From NCBI GenBank assembly GCA_040954595.2, contig CM082586.2:8401337-8465336 (forward strand): a DNA stretch of 64,000 bases, written 5' to 3'. The position numbers and the translations under genes are program-made. The stretch comes from Balanoglossus misakiensis. Lineage: Eukaryota > Animalia > Hemichordata. Shown one piece after another: positions 14,230 through 29,200 of the stretch (the first letter of the stretch is position 1; each line of letters begins with the position of its first letter). The notes beneath the pieces are model-generated. The model was given only the letters and a program-made list of their open reading frames with translations, did no database searches and had not been told where the DNA came from.

Positions 14230-17200
14230 GTAAATTGCGAAGGGGCAGCTGCTGCGAGATTATTTAAAGCTTAATTGTTTATCCAGTTGCAGCTCATGTG
14301 CCTTTACATGTGAGTGATACGCAGGTCTCCAAACCTCAAGACCATATGTTATGTGGGGGCTGTATGGAAGTTTTGTAGAGTAGGTTCGTTGGCACAAAGA
14401 CTCTCAGGCGAAAAAGAATACCAATCTTTTCTGGCAATGGAGTTAATCATGTGGACATGTTTGACCGATTGAGATACTAATGTAGAATTATACCAACAAA
14501 GGTTGTAGTGTCTATTTTATCAATCATCTTGTTGTTGACATGGAGTACACCACAAAGAAATATTTCACATTGCTATTTCTAAAGACAATATTGTCTGTTT
14601 TATAAGGCAGTTTACAGTTCGTTTACTTGCATTACACCACGTTATTACTTTTCTAAATTGACTGTCAGTATTATGTCACATTATATTGTAGCTGGATGTT
14701 CAGAATGTGTGGAAAGAATTTGTATCATCCGAATGACGTCATTTTAACTTTGGCTTGTGGATAACAATTGGCAGAAGCACTAGAAAACGAGTATCAAAAA
14801 TGATGATGTTATTAATGATGTGAATACCAGCAATAAAGGGTGAATTCATTATTCCGTAAATACGGCATGGTATTTTAATCAAATGTGATGATTTTATTAA
14901 TGACACCACCCGCGGTTAAACCAGTACAGTATCTTTTATCGATTGCAACACATTATTTGTTTCTCACAAATTCAGTTTTTGGCGTTAACCATCGTTAGCA
15001 GACTGCACAGATATGGACCCCCCAGTGACAGACTTTCCGTGATTAAATGTGCACGATAAACTCTTGAGGTCACTAACCTGAAATTGCACTTGCAGGTTGC
15101 TGTCAAACTGTTAACGAGGGTGTGCAGGCAAAATGTAAACCAGTTTATTTCTCACAATAATATTTTACATAATTTTAAGTTAAAATCCTAGCTACGTATT
15201 CTGATAGATTACACTTATTTACATACACTGAATCGATTTATACAAAATACTGTTGAGATTTTCAAGACAATCAACAAGATGTTTTATTACACCTCACGCT
15301 ATATTCCGTATTCTTGATTGGCTGAGACCGTACCCTGTGACATATCGGGAAAGCGTGCTATTACATGGTTGACAGAGTCTGTGGCCCGTGGCCAGGGGAT
15401 ACGGCGCGCAGTGGGGGGATATTGCCCTCGGGGAACAGTTTTAAGGTTCTGCGCATCTTTTCTGCACATGAAAAATTGTCGTCTGGACACGTTCGCAATC
15501 TCGCGCATCTATGGCTTCGAAGAGCGACAAGCTGACTTATACTTGTTCTGGTGGACGATATTTTACTGCAAATGGATTGTAAACATAACATAATTGCTAC
15601 CAACAGCGCAATATAAGTTGTCCAAATTTAACTGAGTTCGAAGTAGGCCCACAGCTACAGTTCTCTGGAGATCGAGACCTTCACTGCATGAAATGACCCT
15701 GGACGCTATACCATAATGCTGTATGTGTCTAATGTTCGGTGTAATAAAAATAATAACACATGGTGCTTGGACAACATCATTATTTTAGTCTGCACGAGGG
15801 ATGGCGATCTCTGACCACAATATTGATGATACCCTCGCCAGCGGCTCGGGCATCATCAATATTATGGTCAGAGATCACCACCATCCCTCGTGCAGGTTTC
15901 AAATCGTGATGTTGCCCTCGCTAACATGCGTTATCAATTTAATATTACATTATATCAGTGATACAGTGCCACTCAGTGTCGTGATTGACTGAGAACCTGT
16001 TTTCAATTTATATTTCCATGATTAAGTAGAGCATAGAGCACTGTTTTAATGGCCCACGACGAAGAGCTATCAGGTAAGGTAACATTCGATTAACGATGTT
16101 ATATGAACCTTCTATCTGTGAGTTTTCCATAAAGTGAGTGTGCGGGTATGTGTAAAAAGTGTTAATATGCTTGTTTTGGGGCAATTTCATTTTACTACTG
16201 TTACAAAGCAAACAATGTTCCCGGGGTGTCATTAAATGTGGCCCTTTCTCATAAATTCTAATGTTAAAAGTAATAAAATGGACAGTATTAATATACTAGC
16301 AATAACCCCCGCCGACGGTGAGTGTATTGCTCGATATCGCATATTTAACGCCATGTTGTGTTGTGAATTGTGATATGCCTTTCGTTTACCCACCGTTAAC
16401 CCTTTATGAGGGTTATTGCTCAGTAAAACCCAGCATTAGTAGAGGTAATGCTATTCATTAGAGATAAACATGAGTTTTCACGTTGATGTAAAGTCTCCAT
16501 ATACTGTTGCTCACTAAATGTAAGTTGCAATAGGTTGGCGTAATATAGCGAGGGTAAAAGGCGATGTCAGACTGTTCACATTATCGTAAGATTATCAATG
16601 GTGGTGCAGTTAGTGATGATATTTAAAACAAATATTTTTTTATGAAAATGTTCCGGCAATTTCAGCCAGTGTGTTCATGAATTTGTTTTGTATGCATAAC
16701 TGTAAATATCGACGCTAGAAATAGATTAAAATGTAGGTGTGGTAGGGCCCCATCGTCACCTCTTAACCCGCCTGATCACGGTTTCCATAGTTACCTTCAT
16801 AGCGTATGGACTGCGTTTTGTGTTACGGTGTTTTAAGTGGCTTTGTATATCGTTTACCTGGGGTTGTTTGCATAGTGTCAGTTACGGAACGCTGAATCCT
16901 CTGGAGGTTCTAGTTTTGAACTAGACTGATCTTATAATTCGCTTCATCATTTCGCCCTTTAAGGGATGGAATACAAAATCAATCGTTGCAGTACACTGTG
17001 TTCACACTCAAATGAAATCGTGTGTGGGCAACTTAATAATACGAAGTTTACACAAAAGTTGGGTTTTATGGAAGCAGCAAAATTGTTCTGCTCATTGAAG
17101 CATGCACAAGGCCAAAATAAAAAAAATATATGTTCTGTTCCGATTACCCGACCTATCCTAATTTTAACCCTCCGACCCAAACTTTTTAGAGCTTCGTATA

Positions 17201-20200
17201 TCCGGAAGTAAAAATAACGATGTCAAATATACATTATTTATGAAAATAAAACATTTCTCACTTTAGGGAAACCAGGCATGGATTGGTCACCTCTCATGAA
17301 CGTGGTTTGATAGAGACCAAAATGTGCAAATTAGCTGTAAATAGTCATTTACATGTAACTCAAAACCGCCATGAACTATTTTATATTGTACAGTGCTATC
17401 GTTATTAAATCTTACATCTAGCAAATTTCATAAATTGTGTTTCGTCGCTTGAGTGAATATACACGTTTGCAATTAATTAACACAATATTAACTGACACCC
17501 AGATCACTGTAAGTATATACTACTTGTCACAAACTTTTCAGAATTATATAAATTAGTTCAAAAAAGTACACCATATATTCAAAGGAGCAGTTTATTGATT
17601 CGAAACTGTTATGTTTAATAACTGCCTAACATCTATAGGAACTTTCATCACTTTCTGTAGAATACCAAAGCAGTACAATATAATTAACAAAAACATGCTC
17701 TTACTAAAATAGACAGTGGGGTCAAAAGTCTACATTTCACCAACTCTTTATTTAGTCAAAAGTTCCCATGAGATGAGCAGTTCATTTGGCTTTGTTGGTC
17801 AACAATGGTACATACGAAAAAGTTCTCTGGGCTGAATCAATAGTCAGAGCTTGCTCAATTTAGTCGTATGTCATTCCTGTCTATTAATATCAATATTAAG
17901 TAAACGCAGGGTAAATGAAATATGCCTGGATCAGAGACCGGATGCCAACTTAGTAATCAATCAATGTCCACACTTCGAAAAAAACTCATTACTGTCGGGA
18001 CCAGGAGATAAAATGTTGGGTTTTGTAGATATAAAATTACGTACTTGGCGAATTTAGGCAATTTCGCTTATTTGAAAAATCTTGTGATATATTAAATGAT
18101 GGTTATTGCTTGTATACTTTGAAATTACCGATATTAGAGTGGCTCTATATCGTTTATTTGTTCTATATTTATTTATTTTATAGGTTAAATGAGTTATATA
18201 CATACATGTGTATATATAGAAGCTAACATTTAGATAGAAAAGGAAAGTAAGATAATTCAAAATATCCATTAATTTCTGCATCTCACAAATGTGGATACCG
18301 CAGGCCTAAGCCTTACGGTATATGATGCCATTGAACTTGATATAGTTGTTATGAATTAAAGTTTACATTAGCAGCGTTGGTAAATGATTTCTAGGCCGTT
18401 CTTGTGAGGTGAATATGCAGTCTCAAACATCTTAATGCATACAAACCCGTTTCACTGTCGTTTGCGTCAATTTGTGCACCAGTGCCTGGGGCATTCATTT
18501 ATGCCTACCCGTACCGCCATTTCGTTTGCAGTCTGGTCCCCTGCCCCTGCCCCATTTACATTCACATCGCTGCGATACAAGAATAGGTCAGATATGGGCT
18601 ATTGTCAATATGGCTCTTATTAGACAACCAATACGAGCACACAGTGTTTGGTTGAAAGTACATGACATGACCTTCGAACACTGAGAATATGGTTTGGCGA
18701 AGTGAATAGGTACCCTGGTTATAAGTCAAAGCAACTAGACTGTCTAGACTGCGGCAGCTGCCATCTTGCTGATCACGTGCTTGGCAGGTGACTGTTAATG
18801 CTCTTCAGTCAAATTTTGGACAAACATTTCGGTCCGTACCTGACCCTTTCCTTGCAGCACAGCAGTTTGTCAATGGGACATGTATTCCCGACCATACCCC
18901 TTTTTTACTGGATCTAGAAAAAACTTTTCCATGTCTTTATCCAGGATAAGATAACTTTCCATCCAAATAATGTGATTGCGTAAGAAAAAAATGTATGTTT
19001 ACATGCAAACAGGATCCGGCATCAGGTTTCCCGGTTCAAAAATAAAAGATCTGGCAAACAAATTAGAAATGCCAAAAATAAAAACCATGCCTCATATTGA
19101 GAAGACAAATGACTGACGGGAGGGAATTTGCGTAATTAAAAAAAACTAGTGTAACAATCTCAAATTGACTTGCGAACGATGATTAATTGCAATTGTTTAG
19201 CGTTAAAATACTTAGATGATTCTTGCGCGTAAGTGGGTTTTAAAAATTTCAGGGGAATAAAAGGGTTTGCAGTTTGCACCTTTCGTCTTGAGAGATGAGT
19301 TGTCATCGTTGTCGATGTTGTTGCAGAAGTGAAAAGGAACGTGGCTTTTTTGACGACACAATTGTTGGCGTTTGTGATAAACCAGGAGAGAGGGTATAAT
19401 GTAGTCAGTGACAATGGGGTGAGAAAAGAGTCCGCCGATAAAATCTTGTATATGGCGGTTGAATGTTTGCAAGATGAATATGAAATGAGAGTCGTCTTCT
19501 CCACAACGTGGGCAGTATATGCCCCGACGAACACCAATTTTTCGAAGAAATCTCTCTGTGGTAACAGCCGCGTGTATGAATCTCCAGGGACGGCCTCATT
19601 CTTTCTTGGTTCACGTAAGCAAATAACATGTTTTGACATTAGATGCAATTCTGGCTGCCTTAAATTTGGTTTTCACTTTGTGCTAGGGGATCCAATCACA
19701 TTATAATAATTGCATTCTGGGTAAAAAAAAAGTCGACAACTCACTGTAGTAATAGATAGAAGAAATTATATGTTTACTGTATTTCATGACTTCCTTTGGT
19801 CAAACATTTTTGCCTTTGCAGTTGACATATTAAAGTTAATCAACTTTTTTCACATCTTTTATTTTTTTCTGTTACAAAGTATCAGAATGACCGATTATCA
19901 CTTTAGCTTATGAACTCCCATTTCTTAAACATGGCAAAAATCGGCCATCTTGAAATTGTGTCGACCGTGTGAGATTTTTATCACTCACCTAGGTAGCAGA
20001 CCCCTATTTATGGGATACTCAAAATGTCTGTCAGGCGGATCAGTGTGGAGTGCAATGGGAAATATTTTAACTGATCAGGTGATATAATACGATTTATCTT
20101 GAATTGAAATCTAAATTGACTGCACTCAAAAGTGCTCCATTTTATCAGAAGTCGTTGCAATCGAATATGGAACTTAACAGACCATAAAAGTACATTTAAA

Positions 20201-23200
20201 ATATGTGCCAATAAAGTATTCTGGAGAAGTACCTAGCATAACTAACTATACGGGTTTGTAAGAATCTCGATTTTCTGCACATTGCATACAGCGGTTGCAT
20301 CATGTTATATTCATGAATTGCGTTCGTACGCTTGAGGAAAATGTAAGAGGATTAAATCACAGGCAGTGGTTACTTCGAATCTTTGTAAGGCAACAAACGC
20401 ATTTCTCCTTTCAAAGTTAATGGTTTAAGGCTAGGTTGTTTGCATTCTAGCGACTTTAAAAATACTTTTAGAATCTTAAGAGTGGCTTGGGGGACAGTGG
20501 ATTGTTATATCAACTGCTTCCGTTTGTCAACAAGCACCACAGCCCGACTAATAATGTGCGTTTTGTTAAAAACCCATCGTATGTATTCCTAAAACTTTTA
20601 AGTGATTTGGATTATTCATAGAACACCGCTTGAAAACAAAACTACAATCAGCTTAGCTTGTCGGACGAATCAATGAGTAATTAATGTTTACTTACTAAAT
20701 TCAACCGTGCTACATATAACTGCATTGGACAGACATACGGCATCAAACACCGTAATGGTGTCTTAGACCGAGACATAGAACCATAGAGACTTCTGGATTA
20801 CCTCACACGTGTGCAGAAATCCATACACAAAGTCAAACGCAAATAACACTAACCCCACTAGTTGCTTGGCATGTTGAAGCTTTTATGATTCTTAACTAAT
20901 TCAGTAAGGTCGCCCGTCTGCTATGTTCTTATCTTTCTCCAGCCTCCTGCTCAACTACGCCCTCACACGACACATGAACGTGTTCGGTCCACTAACGCTA
21001 AAATGTGCTGGTAAATGTATTTTATGGACTAAAACATTATTGTATAGCACACTAATTCGTACGTTCCAAAATTTGCAATTTCTACACAGAAACTTGTCAT
21101 CCAAATCATGTTTTACATAAAGCATCAACGCGTTTTTGTAGACAAAGAATATGTGGTCCCATTATTCGCCCCTCATTTTTATCTGGCCTCCGCTAGACAC
21201 TATACCAAGCTCAGGCCATCCATGGACACATGAATTACACAAATTCAAATGTTCTTTTAACCTTCCAAAAGTAACTGTATTTTCGAAAAGAACAACTGTC
21301 TCTAAAATTATCGCAGTGAAACTTGCCTCCAACGTTCAGCATAGTTGTTACCAAATAGTTTTCACTATGCGTCCTACTAATAATGAATTCTCCAGAGAAA
21401 AATTGTGGTTTAAACTTTTGCACGAATGTTTCATTACTAACTTCCACTGACCTCTGGGTCCGGCAGAAGTTTGCAATGGTGTCCATAGTGTTTGTTGTCT
21501 AAAAAATTAAATTAGTAATTATGTAATAATCAGACGTCAACGCACGCAAACCAATGTCAAGTTCGTGCAAGAAATAGGGCGTTTTTGGTTCCACTGCGTC
21601 TGTTTTAAGATCAAGATTACATATGGTTGAATATATAAGCAGAGGGTGGGATACGTAGAGAATTCTGATGTAAATCTTAACGATGAGAGTGGATATTCCT
21701 CAGAGCTTTCTTTTGTGTAACTCAGTGAGAGTCATTTCCCGGGAATCCGCTTAAGTACCCGATGGGCAGCTCAAAATAATGCCATGGCTTTTTTTTGTTT
21801 ACCTGAAAACTTTCCCCCGCGTGTTTCAATAAAACATGACATGAAGCCATAATTATGACAAAGCATGACTGCCATCCAGACACTAAGGATTACATGGAAT
21901 TATCCAATAAATATTTCAACGTGCAAGTAGTAGGAATATTAGCCAATATGAACGGGCAGACAAAGAATTAAAATAAAAAAGTCAAATTATTAATTCATAA
22001 ATATAAAGTATGGATTTGAGAAAAAATCATAATCATAATCTGTATTTCTTATATTGCAGAATACATTATCTCAGTGTGCTTTACAATAAAGTAAAAGTGA
22101 CAACAGTGAAGAAAGAGAAATTTAAACAATCAAAAACATAGTTTTAAAATGTTTCTACGTATAACGTAGTGCGACAAGTAGGGTGACGTAAATTTATTTC
22201 ACCGAGGTAAGATGGTGCAAGACCACAAAAATATTTGAAAGTATTGGTGCAAAGAAATTTGAACAGGCAGCCAATGAAGCTTGCGGAGAATTTGCGTGAT
22301 AAGTCACATTTTTACTTCTTCCTGGTAACAATTCGAGCAGCCGAATTTTAAATGATATCATGGTCAATAAATCGCGACAAACCCACAATGTGACCTTTAA
22401 TATTAATGTCATGCGAAAGTATCATCATGTATAAGTTAGGCCATGTGCTGTTCCGATTACCAGAACTACCTTAATTTTCACCCGCCGACCCTAAACTTTT
22501 TAGAGCTTTGTTAACCGGAAGTAGAAAAAAACAATGTCAAATTACAAAATTTATGAAAATTGTGAGAATCACGCAAGAACTATGGCGTCATTCTTCTACA
22601 CTACGGCGACCAAAGATATAAAAGAATGCAAATTCCTTACCTACCCTATTTGTGAAAACCATGTAACCGGAACAGCACATAGTTTTTTTTTGCCTTAGTT
22701 CACAGTGTTCTGAAACCGAAGTTTATAAAGATGGGTTTTCATAAAATTCCAAATTCTAATATGTGTTTTCCGACTTTTCAGGTAGACAGGCACAAACATA
22801 AACTATACATGACTGAAATAATACATAAGCGACTAGGCAAAGATAATACTCTAACAACTCTTTTCTCTCCAAATTGCAGCGTGGAGTTCAGCGAAGCAGT
22901 TCAGGACCAAAAGGCTTTCGTTGACACTATTATGGATAGCTATTCTATTGGAGCGCTTCGACCCACAACTGATGGTGAGAAGTATTTCGATTAAAGGGAC
23001 AAAGTTTCTCTCTCACTACCCTTTTTCCATTATTTATGTTTCATACATGACACCGTTTATGCTATTCTTAATGTGGATATATAGTGAATCAACGTTCAAC
23101 CACACACACAATACCAATATTTCTTCCAGTCAGACACCCTAAGTACATACGGTGATCGTGCTTTTTCGTATATCGCCCCACTCATTTGGAACATTGTCCC

Positions 23201-26200
23201 AATAGAAGTACGTCAGTTACCTAGCCTTGACAGTTTCAAGAAACACATCAAGACCTATCTGTTTAACAGAGCCTATTAACAGTAACTTTACATTGTTTTT
23301 TTTTTGACATTGTAAAGCGCTATTGAACACTTTGCAGTGGAGTTTGGCGCTCTATAAGTCCTTTTGATTGATTGAATTGATAGACACAAGAGTGAAAAAA
23401 CTCAAAATGAATACTCTACCATTTATTCATTTTGGGTGAGTTTTTACTCTCATATCATTCGAACGGGATGGAAGTTGTGTGTGGTTGAACGTTCATTCAC
23501 TACATATATACACATTTACATTAACATAAACGATGTCTTGCATCAGGCATAGTGAATGGGAAAAGGCAGCGAGATAGAGACTTTGTCCCTTTAAGGTGGC
23601 ATTGCATGAAACCGTCGAGACTTTTTCAGAGGCCTATTTCTCGTCAAAGACAACGTTAAAACCCCCATAAACCATATATATTCTGGAAGTTGAATTTTTG
23701 AACTTTTGTCTGAGTTGCAAATATTATTGATCCCCGGAAATGGTAGCGATTTTGGGTTAAAAAAAAAACATTTTTTGATATTATGTCATCAAAATTTAAA
23801 ATACGTAGAAAAGTTGACCATGCATCATGCATCTTAATATGTCATTCGAAACTACAGTACACGTGCAAAAAACGGTAATTTTGTTTTGCGTTATCTGCTT
23901 CCATTAGGGAGTAACAGAGTTTGAAAGTTAGGTTTTTAGTAAAATTTGATCAAATTCATGGTGAGTTGTATTGAATCAGAGTTTATTCCCGCCAGGGACT
24001 CTTTATCGACTAACAAAAATACCGTTTTGTTGGTTGGGTCATACACAATCCCCTGTTAAAATTTGAGCAAATTCGGCCAACGCAGAGCGAAGCTATTTTC
24101 GTCTGAAGTTGTCAAGAGCAGCGAAAATGCAAACTGAGAAAAACGGCCATTTGCATTGTAATCAGTACAGTATACCTACACATAGGCGTGGGCAGCAGGG
24201 ACGGATCATGCTCCGCCAGGGACAACATATACCTTCATCCTCATATGTTTCATTATGACATACTAGTTTTTTGCAAATTCTCTTGTAGAATGGTACATGA
24301 AACGACTCCTGAAGTAATAATTGTTGTACAAAAGATACAATCACAGTCCTCCTCTATTCAGTTTTCTCTCAAGGAGTTTCAGATGTAGTATTGACCAATT
24401 TGAATAACAATGCAGTTCACGATAACTACCGGTTAAGGCAAGATTTTTCCGGATATGAGCCAACAGCATCTTGGAGAAGATCTGCATTTTTGCGCAATGA
24501 TGCTTTGAAAATAACACGATTAAAGTAGTTTGAACAATAACATTTTCATAATATATATTTTGTGGGTTTTAAACGTAAAAAAATTCCCACCCTATTATTC
24601 CTGTCAAAGATTTTCGGGCATTTGGCTGGTGTCGCCATTTCTGTTCGGCTGATGTCTGTGCGAAAGTGGGGTTGTAAATGTAATCATGGCGGGCATGAAC
24701 AGCAGTGGGGTTGATTAGATTAATATCGTTGTATAATTGATTATATTTATATTACCTTCATTACAGGGGGACCAGTCAATGTTTCAGTCGGAATGTATAT
24801 CAATAGTTTTCATTCTGTCAAAGAAGTAAATATGGTAAGTTTGCCTAATAATTTTGGACAAACACTATGGGTATCGTGGGAAATTATTGTGTATGAACAA
24901 ACAGGAATGTGTTTTCTAGTTTCCCGCTTTAAATATATGCAGTTGTTAGACAAGAACCTGCTTCAGATGAACTTCATTCTTGAGGTGAAGGGGGTCGTCG
25001 AGCCGCGTTTGTTTGTTTTATTACAATCCATCCACAAATCCCTGAAATTAGATAATTCTTAGAATGAACGAAGCAGCCAACCGTAGCAAAGACTGACAAG
25101 CTACTGAAGATCCTAGTAGGCCGTGGCGACTGCACTGAGGTTTGTGCTGGTATGGGAGGACATGTTATCATTGAGGGGGACACCCACGCGCGACGACTCG
25201 ACCCATTGGTGGCATTGTATCATGATCCCGGTGAACCAATGTGTTTTCTATCAAATCCCTGTTGTAACTATTTCAAACAGCAAAAGGACAAATGTTGCCA
25301 CCGGTGATGATCCGTTTGGTTGCTTTCTTGCTTGAAGAATCGGTGAGACGATTTTCTGCTGTTATTAAGATGAAATGACCCCATTCATGTTACTGATACG
25401 TTAAATATATATATGCTGGCCCTGAAGATGTCGCCATTCGATTAATAAAAGATAAACACGCCCACGGCATGTGTAAGGAAACTATTCAATCGTAGTGAAG
25501 TTGGTTCCCTAAAGTATTCAAAGACAGATGTGCCTATAGGTGTTGGAAAAAATTGCCCATTTCCACTCATCGGGGAATGTCTTGTAAATGACAATGCTAT
25601 TAAAACAATGTCCCCAAAGGACAGGTGAACTGCAACTGATGTATTTAATCTCAGAAGAATAGAAGATGACGTAAAGTATACAATCACACAAAAATAGAAT
25701 CTGCAGAAAAGAAACACTCAATGCACGATCTCATGGTGGTATGTTGTCCGTCGTAAATTTAACATTATGTGGTGGTTATGCTATTTTTTTAAATAATAAA
25801 AGCAAAATACATGTATAAGTTCTGTTGATTGTCGACCGCCCATTACATTTGTCCTTTATCATTTAAAGTCTATCGGTAATTAAATGTAAAATATGTCACT
25901 TAACTTGGCCCCTTGTTTTTTTTATTTAACTTTTTATTTGCTTAATGAAAATAAACATAGACACACAAAAAACTAAACATTAAATTTAGCACTAAAATAA
26001 TATACAGCATATCCTAGCCATAGGCTAGTGCAAGATTACAAATCTTTCAATATAAATGACCATATTGCAATATGAACATCCATCCGGTCATTAGTTTTTG
26101 CAATACATTTCTCTATATTGTTTGTTTGTTTAATCATTTCTCTAATTCTTGGGAAAAGTGGTAAGCAATTCCGCCTTTTACAATAATGCAGGTATTGTTT

Positions 26201-29200
26201 TCCGATGATTAAAAGATGATTTAAAAGGTTTGTGAATGTTCACGAAGCTATAATGATATGCTGATGAGAGTAAATTCCAAGTGTCTTATTAACTCTCTAA
26301 ATACGGTTTTCCAGAATTGTTAAACATGAATACAGGAGTAAAACAAATGATTCCTTGTTTCAATTCCCCCCCCCCCCTTACAAAGGGTACATACTGGGTC
26401 AGTCACCTTTAAAGCTTTCATTTTAAACAAATCATCGTTTGTGTAAAGAATACGATGCAAGAGCTTAAATTGAAATATTCTAGCTCTGCAACTAGTAAAA
26501 GGAAGAGTATACAGCTTCCAGAGCTCAACATGGGAAATGTTAAAATCTCTCAGAATATAAATAGAGCTAACGGCAAAATCAACGTTTCTACCCCTTAAAA
26601 TGTTCTTAATTACATTTTTGTAACGTCCAGAATGTTGACAAATTTGTCATTTATAAAAAAACGGGAAAGAATCGGTCGTAATATTTGAAGTATCAGTTGA
26701 TACAGGAGGGTGATCTCGCTTTACTTCAAAGGAAAGTGCATCCCAGATACAAGACAGCCTAATCGTTTGAGTAAGAGTAAGATTACACATATCTATAATG
26801 TATGTATTAATTTACTCCCCTCTGTTAAATCGGGAAGATAACAAATTCCATTTTCGTAGATGTCCTTAAAGTAAACAGACTTTCCATCTATAATGATATT
26901 TTTGTTATTCCCAATAATACAGTTCATAATAGAATCCTGGTGGTTGAGTTGGCCCTTTGTTACATTTTTGATGGTGAGTAATCACATATTCTTTAGCTTT
27001 TGGTATTACTACTGGTATTACTACAATAGACTGGATTAAAATATATATTACATTTGTAAAAGGGAAAACTCCCCTTATACATTTATCATGAAACCTATTT
27101 CGCTGCGAAAAGAAACTGCTGCTGGTCGCCTGAATGAACGTGTGGAACAATATTCCCAAACTTCAACTGTGAAGAAAGCTGATGCCTAACACGATCAAGG
27201 ATAGAAGTTTAGTTGTGTACAAAACACATTACAGCGTCCCTCACGTCAAGTGCAATGTCTGAATTCTGTGACAGTATTCCAGATCTGGCTACATGTGGGA
27301 CACATCCGTCGTTTTCACATAATTATGTAAGCAACGCACAAGTCCCCACGTCTCCCTGGACTTCTCGGCTCTCTAGAAAGAGTAACCAGATGTGTAGGAA
27401 ATATGCTCCACGCTTGGATTGTTGTGCCACAATAATTTGTAACAATGAACCAATACATAGACTGTAAATTCCGGTTAACGCGTTTTAAAGCCCCAATATC
27501 TGCCACTTTTACCATATTTTGAATCGATAAAATAATTCAATCTCCTCCTTGTCGTTGCTCGACAAATGACATTATATTGACTCTGTAGGGATTGCAATAC
27601 TCATGTCTGCATACCTCAATAATTGTGTACTTGATGGCAATAGGCCGTTGAATTAAAAGGTGCGGCACCCGTTTATTATTTAACTAGTTTATATTTAAAT
27701 ATACTGTACATCTGCAATCGATCAGAGGTTGATAATATGCCTGTGTATGCCCATCAATTAACTCATTGAAATGAACCATTTTAAGTTTGAAAGTAAAATC
27801 GTGAAAATATTGTTTTAAATTGCAGTTATTGGGACTTGAGCAAATTTTGTTGCATTAATTACATGCACAATGTATGTACATCAAACCGCACGTTGTAAGC
27901 CAAATTAAACAGGCAAATAGAAAGTTAGTTGACATTATTAGTACATTTTTTTTATCTTTCATTTGAACCTTCATCTCAATTATATGTTTATGTAAATATT
28001 GAAAAGACAGTGATGTTGCAAGAGGTTAAAAATTACAGCAAACTCGTAATTTTCTCAAAAGTTTCTAGTACAACAGCTTTTGCATCCAGCTGTTTTTCGA
28101 TCTTATATCTTCAAATAAACTCATTTTTGATTACAACTTCAATTGGTGTATTTTCATTAGTCACCCAGTACTTATGGATACTCCATTTCCCAAGAAGAAT
28201 TAGAAGCTGAAAAACATAACGTTTTTCTTTGGGTTTGACATTCTCGCCAACTTTTGTAAAAATAATGTCTGATGGTGTTATTTCGCTATTACACTCAGAA
28301 CATCTAGAGATGACATATTTCAGCTTTTTCCAGCATCTCACAGCTATTTGACAATAAATAAATCTGTGTTCCAGAGAGTCAATCTGGTGACAAAGAGGAC
28401 AGAACATTGAATCTTTTAACTTCCACAAGTACTTGTTACATGGTAATAAACGTTGTAGAAGTTTCCACTGAAACTCTCTTAACTTGGTCTCTTTAGTCAG
28501 CTTGTACGCACTCAGCCAGATTTTGTAACAGTCGCTCTCTGGCTTTACATGCAGGGGTGATATTTAACTTTGAAAACCACTTTGAGAGTTTATCACTAGC
28601 CTGTACTGGGTGGCTCTGAATGAGATGAGTATACAACACCTTACAAGTTAGTACATTCTCACTTTAACAAATGTAGCCAGCTTTCGTCAATGGCGTATGT
28701 AACTCTGTATTTATTGTGATGTAACTGACGTCCCTCTGAAGTCAATCAGAGACTTCGTTTTTCCAATGATTGCACAAAGGATATACATATGTGTAATTCA
28801 GGATGGGTAACATTTTTCATTCAAATTAGCCCTGCCTTCACTATAACCATAGACCCAATCACCATTGTTCAGTTTATGTGAGTGACTTCAAGGGGACGCT
28901 AGTTACATCACAATTCCCAGCAAGGGGTATGGGGTTTTATTGGGCCAGTGGCATGCATGAGTGAGGCTAGACGTTAGTTTTGGAAGCAAAGCGGACAAAA
29001 TACAGCCAGATACTAGACTATATCAGATCATGTACATTTGCACATCGCTAACCAGGACAACCACTGAAGTTAATTTCAATTGCGATAGCAGTATATCGCC
29101 AGTCGAGGTGTAACAAGTAAAACACTTAGCAGAGTCCCATTCTTTGTGTCATGATATCCATTTGAGGTTTTGATCCGGGCAATTGTTAATTATGCCTGAG

